Shown here piece by piece: positions 18,180 through 18,230 of a stretch of DNA of 18,230 nucleotides. The DNA lies in the NCBI RefSeq assembly GCF_029504745.1, contig NZ_JAQFIQ010000047.1, forward strand, positions 1 to 18,230, read 5' to 3'. The position numbers and the translations under genes were made by a program. Origin of the DNA: Breznakia sp. PF5-3. Its GTDB lineage: Bacteria; Bacillota_I; Bacilli_A; Erysipelotrichales; Erysipelotrichaceae. The notes below the pieces were generated by a model. That model saw nothing but the letters and a program-made list of their open reading frames with translations. It was not told the origin of the DNA and did no database searches. Numbering within the stretch: position 1 is the first letter of the stretch; every line of letters starts with the position of its first letter.

Positions 18180-18230
18180 ACTCCTTTCTTTCTTAAATTT
18201 ATTCATAATTTTTGTTAGAATTGAATCGTG
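18171..18230 (-). CDS. Possible 3' end of a gene entering from beyond the right window edge
   Basis: Only one minus-strand frame is open from the edge: ...HDSILTKIMNKFKKERSVY, with stop TAG at 18173..18171 inside the palindrome. Nineteen open codons in AT-rich DNA is weak evidence. Confidence 0.2.
   Translation of the reverse strand, partial: HDSILTKIMNKFKKERSVY

Noticed and set aside
18143-18200. The palindrome read as a plus-strand terminator (hairpin followed by ACTCCTTTCTTTCTTAAATTT), or as IS or MITE ends
   Set aside because: There is no plus-strand gene upstream for it to terminate. I found no second copy of the arms and no target-site duplication in the window. I kept it only as an unexplained palindrome next to the small ORF.
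1-18230. Mollicutes-type genetic code (TGA read as Trp), considered because of the low GC and long RpoB
   Set aside because: All long housekeeping ORFs are intact under the standard code. TGA serves as the stop codon of the ybxB-like gene, rlmB and mrnC at positions consistent with normal protein lengths and gene overlaps.

Overview
Low-GC (about one third G+C) chromosomal segment from a Firmicute using the standard genetic code. I tentatively place it in an Erysipelotrichia-like lineage, based on gene order and a very long RpoB. About 16 kb on the minus strand is the conserved Bacillus-type housekeeping cluster: Cys T-box, cysS, mrnC, rlmB, sigH-like sigma, rpmG, secE, nusG, one extra gene, rplK, rplA, L10 leader, rplJ, rplL, ybxB-like methyltransferase, rpoB, rpoC. 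I found no convincing multi-gene novel system, and most of the window is ordinary core genome. Items worth a second look: (1) the 5' end of a class C-like group II intron starting right after the rpoC terminator at the left edge; (2) a 187-aa SAP-motif protein of unknown function inserted between nusG and rplK, with its ribosome-binding site directly after the strong nusG terminator; (3) at the right edge, an unannotated 38-aa basic single-Cys peptide ORF with its own terminator, a 37-nt palindrome and an ORF tail entering from outside, weakly reminiscent of an agrBD pair; (4) an apparently leaderless COG1533-type radical SAM gene sharing a back-to-back promoter region with the cysS T-box; (5) a sigH-like sigma factor translationally linked to a Cys T-box operon. 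I saw no rRNA, tRNA, CRISPR array or IS element.
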